Of a stretch of DNA of 64,000 nucleotides, positions 40,952-49,368 are shown piece by piece (the first letter of the stretch is position 1; every line of letters starts with the position of its first letter). Under the pieces are notes generated by a model, which saw nothing but the letters and a program-made list of their open reading frames with translations, was not told the DNA's origin and ran no database searches. The DNA comes from Acidobacteriota bacterium (GTDB taxonomy: Bacteria; Acidobacteriota; UBA890; WLXD01): NCBI GenBank assembly GCA_963666055.2, contig CAXWPH010000011.1, positions 128,001 to 192,000 of the forward strand, given 5' to 3'. Position numbers and translations under genes: made by a program.

Positions 40952-42877
40952 ATGGACTCCTGGGCCCCCGCCGCAGCTTCGGCGACGAGAAGTCGCCGCC
41001 TGCCCTTGCTGGCAACAGTCGTTCTCGGAGCACTCTTTCTGCTCCCGCTGACCGGACGATCCCACATCATCCGCGAGGAACCCTGGCACCCGGTACCAGC
41101 GGCGTATCTGCGCAGCATGTTCTACCTGAAGCTACAGCCGGTGAACTGGACGCTAGTCGCTGCGGAGTTCGAGGGCGTGCGTGAGAGCGGTTGGCAGCTC
41201 GACTCGGTCTACGACGGCATCGCGCTGGCCACAGAGCTCGAGGGCACCGACCACACGGCAACGATCCGCGCCGCCATCGCGGCCACCGATGCAGAGTCGT
41301 TTTCGGCTTCGGCCACGCGAGCGGTGTCGCAACTCGTGCGGTTACATCTGCGGCGCGCGCTGGCCAATCTCGACGCGCCAGGGGCAGCCCTCGAGGAGGT
41401 GCATCAGGCCAGCCGGATGTTCCGTGCATTCGACCGATTCGTGCGTGCCACCGACTCGCAGGGCGCTCGAGAACTGGGCCGTGCGTGGCTCGAGCTGACC
41501 ACGACGGTGGGCACAGCCGGAATCGGGAATCGCGGCGTGAAGCCGGTCGACAGGGAGCGTTTCGCCAGCGCCGCCGAGACCGTGGAGGCTTACCTCACCG
41601 CCAACTACGAGCGCGACGGCGGGCCGAGCATGACCCACTTCAACCCGGTTCCGGCGATCGGTCGCAACTCGACAGCCGGGGTGGCGCCCTGGTTGCCGCC
41701 GGCCACCGACCTCAACGACCAGGATCCTCTGCCCCGCCTGGTGCTGAACTTCGAGGAGCGCGGCGTCGACGAGAAAGATCTGTTCCTGGTGACCTACGGG
41801 GACATGCTCTTCGATTCGCCGCAGATCTTCGGCGAGCCGGCGCTCAGCCTCGGTCTCTCGTGCTCGCGTTGCCATAACCGTAGCGACATCAACCAACGGT
41901 TCTTCATCCCGGGAATCAGCACGCGTCCCGGCAACGTCGACGTCGACGGACACTACTTCAACCCGCGCTTCAACGATCGCCGCGCCGACGCGCTCGACAT
42001 CCCGAGCTTGCGCGGCCTCCGGTTCACGGCGCCCTATGGCCGCGACGGCCGTTTCGCAAGCCTGCGTAACTTCACCCGGAACGTCGTGGTCAACGAGTTC
42101 GCCGGCGAGGAGCCCTCGCCGTTGATGCTCGATGCTCTGGTCGCCTACATGTTCGAGTTCGATTGGCTGCCGGCGCCCTACCTGCAGCCTGACGGCCGGC
42201 TCAACGACGCCGCTTCCGACTCCGCCCGGCGCGGCGAGGTACTGTTCAATCGCCCGTTCGACGGCATGGGCGGACGCGCTTGCAGTACCTGTCATGTGCC
42301 GAGCAACAACTTCCTCGACGGCCAGCGACACGACATCGGTAGCGGCGAACGGTCGAGCCCGGGCGCTCGGGACACGTTCTTCGACACGCCGACGTTGATC
42401 GGCGTGTTGCACACTGCGCCGTACTTTCACGACGGGTCGGTGGTAACTCTCGCCGAAGTTGTCGATTGGCTCGATGATCAGTTCGACCTCGGCCTCGACG
42501 ACAACCAGCACTCCGACTTGACGATCTACCTCGAGACGGTGGGCGAAGGCACAGACCCGTACGAGGTGTTCGACGAGGACAACACGCTGTTCCAGCTGTT
42601 CTGGGGTGAGCTGTCGACGTTTGCCTCGACCCTGTCGACGCTCATTCCTGCGCGCGACGCCGAGCACGCCGACCTCATGCTGCGCACAGTCGCCGCCGAC
42701 TTGAGACTCGACGCCTCGGCGCTCGAGAATCTGGCACAGGCACCCAAGGTCTTCGAGCTCGCCGACCAGCTCGACGATATCCGTGCGTCAATCGACGCCG
42801 ACGATTGGCGCCGGGCGGCGCAGCTGTGGATCGAATACCAGGCGCTCGAAGCCGCTTACGGACCCGATTTCCGCTGA
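40952..42877 (+). CDS. Exported di-heme cytochrome c peroxidase/MauG-like protein with extra helical N- and C-terminal domains
   Basis: Signal peptide; CSRCH and CSTCH; PSLRGLRFTAPYGRDG, TPTLIGVLHTAPYFHDG. Confidence 0.82.
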   Translation: MDSWAPAAASATRSRRLPLLATVVLGALFLLPLTGRSHIIREEPWHPVPAAYLRSMFYLKLQPVNWTLVAAEFEGVRESGWQLDSVYDGIALATELEGTDHTATIRAAIAATDAESFSASATRAVSQLVRLHLRRALANLDAPGAALEEVHQASRMFRAFDRFVRATDSQGARELGRAWLELTTTVGTAGIGNRGVKPVDRERFASAAETVEAYLTANYERDGGPSMTHFNPVPAIGRNSTAGVAPWLPPATDLNDQDPLPRLVLNFEERGVDEKDLFLVTYGDMLFDSPQIFGEPALSLGLSCSRCHNRSDINQRFFIPGISTRPGNVDVDGHYFNPRFNDRRADALDIPSLRGLRFTAPYGRDGRFASLRNFTRNVVVNEFAGEEPSPLMLDALVAYMFEFDWLPAPYLQPDGRLNDAASDSARRGEVLFNRPFDGMGGRACSTCHVPSNNFLDGQRHDIGSGERSSPGARDTFFDTPTLIGVLHTAPYFHDGSVVTLAEVVDWLDDQFDLGLDDNQHSDLTIYLETVGEGTDPYEVFDEDNTLFQLFWGELSTFASTLSTLIPARDAEHADLMLRTVAADLRLDASALENLAQAPKVFELADQLDDIRASIDADDWRRAAQLWIEYQALEAAYGPDFR

Positions 42878-42905
42878 CCTCGGCCGACACGGCGAGGAGG
42901 ACGAT

Positions 42906-43793
42906 ATGAACCGACGATTCCGGAAAGCCACGGCGATCCTAGCGACCTCACTGGCGTTGTGCGCGGTGCAACCGGCCGGCCAGGCCGCGGCGATACCTCA
43001 GGACAAGCTGACGTTGGCGTTCATTCCACAGGAAAACCCCGAGAAGCTGCTCGACGATATCTCGGTCATTCGCGACTATCTGTCCGAGGAAATGGGAATG
43101 GCGGTCGACGGTTTTGTAACGCTCGACCACGCTGCCGCGGTCGAGGCGCTGCGCAACGGTACCGCCGATATCTCGTTCATGGGTGCCTTGCCCTACGTCC
43201 TGGCGCACCACCACGTCGACGCTCAAGTAGTGCTCGCCGAAATCTATCGCGGCAGCCCGATGTATCGGGCGCGCCTGTTCGTGCGGCGCGACAGCGGCAT
43301 CACTAAACTCGCCGACCTGCGTGGCAAGAGCATTGCCTTCGCCGATCCGATCTCGGAGTCCGGCTATCTGTACCCGCTCGATCTGTTTGCAGACGCTGGC
43401 TTCTTGACGCCTGGCGATGACCCGCAAACATTCTTCAGCTCGGTCTACTTCGCGGGCGGCTACCAGCAGGCCATCCAGGCAGTAGCGAACGGTTACGTAG
43501 ACGCTGCCGGCGCCAGCCAATACGCCGAGCTGCTGCTGACGCCCAAGCAGTTGCTGGAGGTAACTTCGATCGCCGAATCGGATCTGATCCCCTCGCACGC
43601 CGTGATCGCGCGGGGCGATCTCGACCCGATCGTCGTAGCGGCGTTCAAGCGAGCCATGCTGAAGCTCAACGACGACGATTACCGGCACCTGCTGCAGTAC
43701 GTGTACGGCCCCGACGGCTACGTTGAGGTCGACCATGCCGCCTTCGCGGGCGTGGAGGCCCTGGCGCGAGAGTATGGCTATCTGCAGAACTAG
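42906..43793 (+). CDS. Phosphate/phosphite/phosphonate ABC transporter substrate-binding protein (PhnD-like)
   Basis: RBS GAGGAGG; AAVEALRNG, LADLRGKSIAFADPISESGYLYP, AVANGYVDAA, IPSH. Confidence 0.85.
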   Translation: MNRRFRKATAILATSLALCAVQPAGQAAAIPQDKLTLAFIPQENPEKLLDDISVIRDYLSEEMGMAVDGFVTLDHAAAVEALRNGTADISFMGALPYVLAHHHVDAQVVLAEIYRGSPMYRARLFVRRDSGITKLADLRGKSIAFADPISESGYLYPLDLFADAGFLTPGDDPQTFFSSVYFAGGYQQAIQAVANGYVDAAGASQYAELLLTPKQLLEVTSIAESDLIPSHAVIARGDLDPIVVAAFKRAMLKLNDDDYRHLLQYVYGPDGYVEVDHAAFAGVEALAREYGYLQN

Positions 43794-43872
43794 CGTCCTG
43801 TGGTGGCAATCTCGGTGTTGCGATTCGTCGACGATGGGCGAGGCATCGAGCCGTTCCTGAAGGGAGCAATCC

Positions 43873-44664
43873 GTGTCTGAGCCGGTACTCCGCCTGCGCG
43901 ACCTACGCGTTCGCTACGGCTCCAGGCCGCCGGTCCTCGACGTCGGCGCGCTGGAGGTCGCCGCCGGGGAGATCGTTTGTGTCATCGGGTCCAGCGGCGC
44001 CGGCAAGACGACGCTTCTGCGACTGGCCAACGGCTACGTGCGCGCCGAGAGCGGTGAACTCGAGGTCCTCGGTACACCGACTCGCTTCGGGCCCGACAGC
44101 GGCACCGATCGGCGCGACCGGATGCTGCGGCAGCGCGTAGGCTTCGTATTCCAGAGTTTCAACGTTATCGAACGCGCCAGCGTGTTCGACAACGTCCTCT
44201 GGGGTTCGCTCGGCCGCCAACATGGCCTCGGCGCGCTGCTCGGCCGCTTTCCCGAAAGCGACCGACGCCTGGCCATGGAGGCGATTGCCGAGGTCGATCT
44301 GTTGGCGCAGACCACACAGCGTGTGGATACCTTGAGCGGCGGCCAGCAGCAGCGGGTCGGTGTGGCGCGCGTCATCATGCAGCAGCCGGAACTGGTGCTC
44401 GCCGACGAGCCGGTGTCGAGCCTCGATCCGGTGCTCGCCGAGGAGATCGTCGAGTTGCTCGTCGGGGTCGCCCGGCGACACGGCAAGACGTTGATCATGA
44501 GCCTGCACCTGCCAGCGCTGGCGCAGCGTTTCGCCGATCGCGTGGTCGGGCTGCGAGCCGGCGGGGTGGTCTGGGACGGTGCCGCGGTGGCTCTGGACGA
44601 CACCGCCATCGCCTCGATCTACGGATCTGAATCGCCACCGCCGGCGCCGGAGGTCGGACAATGA
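43873..44664 (+). CDS. PhnC-like ABC ATPase
   Basis: GSSGAGKT, LSGGQQQRV, LADEPVSSLDP, SLH. Confidence 0.9.
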   Translation: MSEPVLRLRDLRVRYGSRPPVLDVGALEVAAGEIVCVIGSSGAGKTTLLRLANGYVRAESGELEVLGTPTRFGPDSGTDRRDRMLRQRVGFVFQSFNVIERASVFDNVLWGSLGRQHGLGALLGRFPESDRRLAMEAIAEVDLLAQTTQRVDTLSGGQQQRVGVARVIMQQPELVLADEPVSSLDPVLAEEIVELLVGVARRHGKTLIMSLHLPALAQRFADRVVGLRAGGVVWDGAAVALDDTAIASIYGSESPPPAPEVGQ

Positions 44665-45473
44665 GGTCTGATGCCCACACGGCCAGCCCCGCTGCCCCTG
44701 CGCCACCCGAACAGAGTCTGGGCACGACGCTGCGTCGCTCCACCGGGATGATTGCTCTGGCTGTGGTGGTCGCTTGGGCGTGGCACGGTACCGGCTTCGA
44801 GCTCAGCCGCCTGGGCGGCAGCCTCGCGCCACTGATCGAGTTCTTAGACCGCATGACCCCACCGGATCTGTCGGCACTCGAAGTGGCGATGAGATCGACG
44901 GCCGAGACGCTCCAGATCGCCGTGCTCGGGACGTTCTTGGCCGTCGTCCTGTCGATACCGCCGGCGTTGTTGGCGGCGGCGAACCTAACGGCGGCGTGGA
45001 TCCACCAGCCGGTGCGCTGGCTTCTGGCGCTGCTGCGCGGTATTCCACTGCTGTTGCTGGCACTGATGTTCGTTGCTGCGCTTGGCTTGGGACCCGTACC
45101 CGGCGTGCTCGCCGTGGCCGTGCATTCGGTCGGCATGCTGGCCAAGTTCTACGCCGACGCCTTCGAGAGCGCCCGGCCGGGCCCCATCGAAGCGCTCGAC
45201 TCCGCCGGCGCCAACTGGCTCCAGCGCGTACGCTACGGTGTGCTGACGCAGGTAGCGCCCGATCTGGCTCGCGACACGCTGTTCCGCTTCGAGCTGAACC
45301 TACGCGAGTCGCTGGTCTTAGGCCTCGTCGGTGCGGGCGGTATCGGCTTCTACATTCAGCTCTACATCCGTTCCTTCCGCTACACGAGGGTGGCCACCCT
45401 GACGCTGGTGATCCTGGTGATCGTCGTGCTGGTAGAACAGGGCAGCGTCGCGATTCGTCGCCGGCTCAGCTGA
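44661..45473 (+). CDS. PhnE-like ABC permease
   Basis: ETLQIA, GMLAKFYADAFE, RFELNLRES.VLGLVGAGGIG. Confidence 0.9.
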   Translation: MRSDAHTASPAAPAPPEQSLGTTLRRSTGMIALAVVVAWAWHGTGFELSRLGGSLAPLIEFLDRMTPPDLSALEVAMRSTAETLQIAVLGTFLAVVLSIPPALLAAANLTAAWIHQPVRWLLALLRGIPLLLLALMFVAALGLGPVPGVLAVAVHSVGMLAKFYADAFESARPGPIEALDSAGANWLQRVRYGVLTQVAPDLARDTLFRFELNLRESLVLGLVGAGGIGFYIQLYIRSFRYTRVATLTLVILVIVVLVEQGSVAIRRRLS

Positions 45474-45489
45474 GACGCGGTTGTCTCCC

Positions 45490-45801
45490 CTACCCCGCCC
45501 GGCGCTCGGCGATCAGGCTGGCGGCGAAGCCGTCGTAGTCGGCAGCGCGACGCTGCAGCATGTCGCGCAGATGCTCCAACGCCTTCTCCTTGCTCGATAG
45601 CCCGTACATGTAGATCTTGAGCGGGCCGATCAAGCCGAGGTAGTAGTGGTTGGTGGCGTCGTACTCGGCGGCGCAGGCGCTCGGATCGATGGCGACTGCG
45701 AGCAGATCGTCGAAGGTGTCGGCGAACTGCGCCAGCAGCGGTTCCCGATGTAGGTCTGTCGGAATCTCAGGGAAGCGAGTGACGAGGTCTTGGACGGTCA
45801 T
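45490..45801 (-). CDS. Small hypothetical protein
   Basis: Coding-like ORF MTVQDLVTRFPEIP...PSAC...NHYYLGLIGP; product unknown. Confidence 0.6.
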   Translation of the reverse strand: MTVQDLVTRFPEIPTDLHREPLLAQFADTFDDLLAVAIDPSACAAEYDATNHYYLGLIGPLKIYMYGLSSKEKALEHLRDMLQRRAADYDGFAASLIAERRAG

Positions 45802-45914
45802 CGGGCTTGGGTCCGGGAGTTGATCTGCGGCGGCGATCGACAACGCAGTAGTCCAACACTCTATACGCTGCGCCGCCATCAGCCCTCCCGTCGCTGCGAA
45901 GAATCACCAGTGCG

Positions 45915-46265
45915 GCTACGGCTTTTTCTCCAGAACCCGGAGAGTATAGGGTGAGGATTGCCGCGCCGGACGATCCTCGATCCAGTCGAGCACTTCGGCG
46001 CGAAAGCGCACCGGTTCGTCGACGGAATCGAACCGGTCGATATCCTTCACCTGCGAAGACCTGGTTAGAGCCGACCCAACGGATCCGATCCGAGGACCTC
46101 CTCGACGCCAGCGACATCTCCCAGCGCGGAAATCGCCTGCTGTGTCGTCTGCCGGTTGCAGGGCAGGAACAGCATCACTTCAACCGCATGAACTTCGGCG
46201 GCCGCCGCACGGGCGACGCCCAGCGCCACGAAAGCCATTAGCACGACCTTCGTCCAGGGTTTCAT
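45915..46265 (-). pseudogene. Exported HMA-like (ferredoxin-fold) protein, frameshifted or internally deleted near 46070
   Basis: RBS AAGGAGG; signal peptide; EVMLFLPCNRQT...ALGDVAGVEEV, then TAA. A shifted frame gives a plausible C-terminus ...PVRFRAEVLDWI...YTLRVLEKKP*. Confidence 0.5.
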
Positions 46266-46420
46266 GATGGCCTCCTTGTCGCTGCAGGTTGGATGTCTGA
46301 GAGCCTCGCTTTCTTCGCCGGGCGCGGAGGAATCCGTCACCGACGCCACAGCCCGATGAAACGAGCCTGGCGTGCTGAGCGGCTGAGCAAGTCGAAACGC
46401 CCGAGCGGCGACGACTTGCG

Positions 46421-47434
46421 TCAGGAACCTCTGGCGAAACGCTGCACCCGCGAGGCGGCGAAATCGGCCACGTAGAGGCGGCCTTCGGAATCGACGTCGA
46501 TGTCGGCGGGCGAGTAGATGCGCCGCGTGCTCCGGTACCAACGCTCGGCGGCACGGGACACGAGAAAGACCTGTCCGGACGGGTCTAGGCCCTGGACTCG
46601 AAAGTTGGCGCTATCGGCGACGAACAGATTGCCCTCCGCGTCGGTGGCGAGGCCTACGGGGACTTCCCACTCGCCGGCCTCCGCGCCCTTGCGTCCCCAA
46701 CCCTCGCGGAGGGTGCGGTCGGACTCGAACACGAGGATCTCGTAGGCGTGGGTATTACTGACATAGAGCGTGTCGTCCGGCCCGACGGCAGCGTCGCTGG
46801 GGAAGACGAACAGGTCGTGGGGATCGCCCGGTGTGGCCATCATCGACATCTTCGTCTCCTCCATCCCGCGGACCGGCGGGCGGTTCTGAGCGTAGCGGCG
46901 CGCGGAGTCACCGCCGTCGATAAAGCGTATGAAGTTGCCTTCGGAGTCGAGCTCCTGGACACGCTGGCCCATGAACTCCACGACGATGACATTGCCCGTC
47001 GGCGTGACCGCCACGCCGCTGGGAGCCTGGAACTGACCGGCACCCGTTCCGCGCCCTCCCCATACCTCGAGCAGCTTGCCATCGCGGTCGAGCAGCAGCA
47101 GCCGATCGCCGGTGTAGTCGGTCACCAAGATCGTCCCGTCGAGCCGTTCCGCCAAGCCGACCGGCCGCGTTCCCTCGGGCAACGCCCATTGGTCGATCGG
47201 CGTGCCGTCGGCGTCGTAAACGACGATCCGCGAGGCACCGTCGGCGACCATTACCCGCCCAGACATGCTGACAGCAATGCCCATGGGATGATCGAGGGAG
47301 CTGCCCTCGGGGCCAGCTTCTGTCCACTCGGCCTCGAGCTCGAGCGTGCCGACGAGCACCTGACCGAGCGTGCCGACCGCGCCGGTCAGAACCCCGGCGA
47401 CGATCACCAAGCGCACCCAGCGCCAGCGCCTCAT
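46421..47434 (-). CDS. Exported NHL-repeat six-bladed beta-propeller protein
   Basis: Signal peptide; HPMGIAV, GQFQAPSGVAV, FVFPSDAAV, PVGLATD, VADSANFRVQ; ATGA overlap with the upstream gene. Confidence 0.88.
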   Translation of the reverse strand: MRRWRWVRLVIVAGVLTGAVGTLGQVLVGTLELEAEWTEAGPEGSSLDHPMGIAVSMSGRVMVADGASRIVVYDADGTPIDQWALPEGTRPVGLAERLDGTILVTDYTGDRLLLLDRDGKLLEVWGGRGTGAGQFQAPSGVAVTPTGNVIVVEFMGQRVQELDSEGNFIRFIDGGDSARRYAQNRPPVRGMEETKMSMMATPGDPHDLFVFPSDAAVGPDDTLYVSNTHAYEILVFESDRTLREGWGRKGAEAGEWEVPVGLATDAEGNLFVADSANFRVQGLDPSGQVFLVSRAAERWYRSTRRIYSPADIDVDSEGRLYVADFAASRVQRFARGS

Positions 47435-47988
47435 TCGTCGCTGACGCTCCCTTGTACCTGCACGGTGACAGGGGCCTTATCATCGGCTCGAGTGGCTCGA
47501 CCGTAGAGCGTCATCGACCCGGGCGGTGCAACCCTGAACGCGGCGAGAGCCTCCCTGCCTCGCTCGTCGCCGGCGACGAGCAGAAACCGCTGCCCACTGC
47601 TCTCGCTCACTAACCAGGCTGCCGTCTCGTTCGTGGCAATCGCCGGCAGGTCATTGGTGTCGGCGATTCCCCGCAGCCAAACCGTCACCCCAGTCGGCGT
47701 GAAATCGACCTTGGACACACCCGCTTCGAGCGCGGCGGGATCGAACATCGCGTCGGGCGTGAACGTCACGGTGATCAACCCTCGCTCCAGATCTTCCTTC
47801 GTGTCGGCAACGCCTTCCAGGCGTTGTAGGGATCGATTGATCCCGTAGGCTCAGAGCCCTCACGTCATCCCGTCGACACCGACCTCCGCCTTGATGACCT
47901 GGGCGGTAACGGGCGCGGCGACGAGCATCGCGAAGAACAGCCCGACGCCGACGGTGATCAAACGCCGACTTTCGGTTTGGTGGCTCAT
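47431..47988 (-). CDS. Exported HMA-domain putative selenoprotein, GMT-U-G-L-U (two in-frame TGA)
   Basis: RBS AGGAGG and ATG at 47988; signal peptide; ...EVGVDGMT TGA(47862-47860) GL TGA(47853-47851) AYGINRSLQRLEGVADTKEDLERGLITVTF. The frame stays open to 47431 (185 aa). The TGAs sit exactly at both Cys positions of GMTCxxC. Confidence 0.82.
47808..47844 (-). other. Candidate bacterial SECIS hairpins
   Basis: mRNA GGGAUC-AAUC-GAUCCC (loop ~22 nt after the first UGA) and CAACGCCU-GGA-AGGCGUUG (8-bp stem, G-containing loop ~33 nt after the second UGA). Confidence 0.55.
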
Positions 47989-48020
47989 GTCGACCCTCCT
48001 CGAGTCGAGGCGTCCATCTT

Positions 48021-48962
48021 TCACGGGACGATGATGTAGCGTAGGCCGAATAGCACGTTGATACTCGGCGCCAGCTGCGTGCCGTTGAGGTAACGAACCG
48101 CGGGGAGCTGCACACCGGCCTCGACGACGAAGTTGGGCCGCAGCAGGTACTGGATTCCGGGGGAAAGATACAGGAGGTTTCCGCCTGAACTGTCGACTTC
48201 CTGGTCGCCGGCGCGCGAGTGTCCCTGCCAACGGCCGTTGAGCTCCAGTAGCAAGAAGACGTCGCGGGAGCGCAATGACGAGATCCGTGTCTTGACCATA
48301 GCATCGTAGCGGAACCGGTCGCCAAGCTCGAAATCGTTGGCCTCCGTGCTTCGCGAGACGCCGACACTGGCAGTGAAGAACCAGCGGGCGGAAGGGGTCA
48401 CATAGCTTGCGATGAAGTCGGCGGTCGGGTCCCAGGATCCAGTCCCACGTTGGAGCGGCGGCGACAACAACTGCCCGTTCGATGAGTCGCGCGCGTCGCC
48501 GCGACCGGTCGGGGTCTTGACACCGCCCTGAAACGACAGCTGGACTCCTCCTCTGCCGCGATCCCGCTTCAGGAAGCGCCACTTGACCAGCAGGGTCGCA
48601 TCGCCGAAGCCCAGGCCGGCTCCAAGACGCTCTGTGCCCGCCGGGCCGTCGATTCGCATCTCCTTGTCGAGTACCGGGAATACGCCGATCAAGCTGACCT
48701 TGCGGTGCAACCCGTACACCACGGCCATCGATACCACGCTTGCTTTGAACCTACGCCCCAGAGGGTTGGGGACCTGCGCGCTGCCGCTCAGCGTGTCGTT
48801 GGCCTGCAGGAAGCTCGCCACGGTGCGGATGCCGAATCCGGAGATGAACTCCGCTCGCGCCCCCGGCGCGAAGATCTGGGCGCTCGACTCCCCGGGCCAA
48901 CCAAGAGTCAACGCCAGCACCGCGTACAGTGCCGGTCGCGATATGGTCGCTTTGCTGTTCAT
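48021..48962 (-). CDS. Outer-membrane beta-barrel 'transporter' (MetA-pathway-like family)
   Basis: Signal peptide; GFGDATLLVKWRF, GVKTPTG, QRGTGSWD, ELNG, SGGNLLYLSPGIQY, terminal FGLRY. Confidence 0.82.
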   Translation of the reverse strand: MNSKATISRPALYAVLALTLGWPGESSAQIFAPGARAEFISGFGIRTVASFLQANDTLSGSAQVPNPLGRRFKASVVSMAVVYGLHRKVSLIGVFPVLDKEMRIDGPAGTERLGAGLGFGDATLLVKWRFLKRDRGRGGVQLSFQGGVKTPTGRGDARDSSNGQLLSPPLQRGTGSWDPTADFIASYVTPSARWFFTASVGVSRSTEANDFELGDRFRYDAMVKTRISSLRSRDVFLLLELNGRWQGHSRAGDQEVDSSGGNLLYLSPGIQYLLRPNFVVEAGVQLPAVRYLNGTQLAPSINVLFGLRYIIVP

Positions 48963-49110
48963 GCTGCTTCGTCGCTTTCCGCCGCGGCGCGGTCGCCGAA
49001 CGGCCCCTCTCGTCCGATCGCATCCAGAATCGGGCACTCGCCCACGGGCCCCTCTCCCTCGCACTGTCGCGCAATCGCATCAGCGCACACCGCATTTGAC
49101 TCGAGCACCC
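48959..49110 (-). pseudogene. 3' remnant of a MerR-family heavy-metal-responsive regulator
   Basis: Manual translation ...ARQCEGEGPVGECPILDAIG...EAA* gives a C-x8-CPIL metal loop. Its TGA overlaps the barrel ATG (ATGA). The 5' HTH part is absent. Confidence 0.7.
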
Positions 49111-49368
49111 AGATCGCCGGCTAGCTCGACAGTACCGTATTGGCAGATACGTCATGCGGACCGCGAAATTGACGCCGTAGACAAGCCGCGTCCAGGGTCG
49201 CCCGGCTACAGTTGGGCTCGACGAGTTCCACCGCGCCGGAAAACTGCTGCGGACCGTAGACGTATTGCATCATTAGATCATTAACGTAGCCACCGCTGCT
49301 CCGGGGTTGGGCAAGCGTCTCGTCGGTCCAGATCCTTACCCCGGCGGAACCGCGCAGCGGGCGCCTGG

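Noticed and set aside
41342-42667. Long antisense ORFs (also 15337-16374, 25771-26916 and 11903-12904)
   Set aside because: Shadow frames opposite well-supported genes in high-GC DNA, with no motifs.
46015-46090. tRNA (tRNA-Sec) suggested by GGTTCGATTCC on the minus strand near the selenoprotein
   Set aside because: The T-stem is imperfect, there is no acceptor stem or TCA anticodon arm, and the sequence reads as protein (DRFDSVDE).
47851-47862. Ordinary pseudogene or genome-wide UGA reassignment to explain the two TGAs
   Set aside because: TGA is a normal stop in many genes here (for example the ATGA overlaps), and the other lesions in the window are indels or truncations, not paired substitutions at ligand Cys codons.
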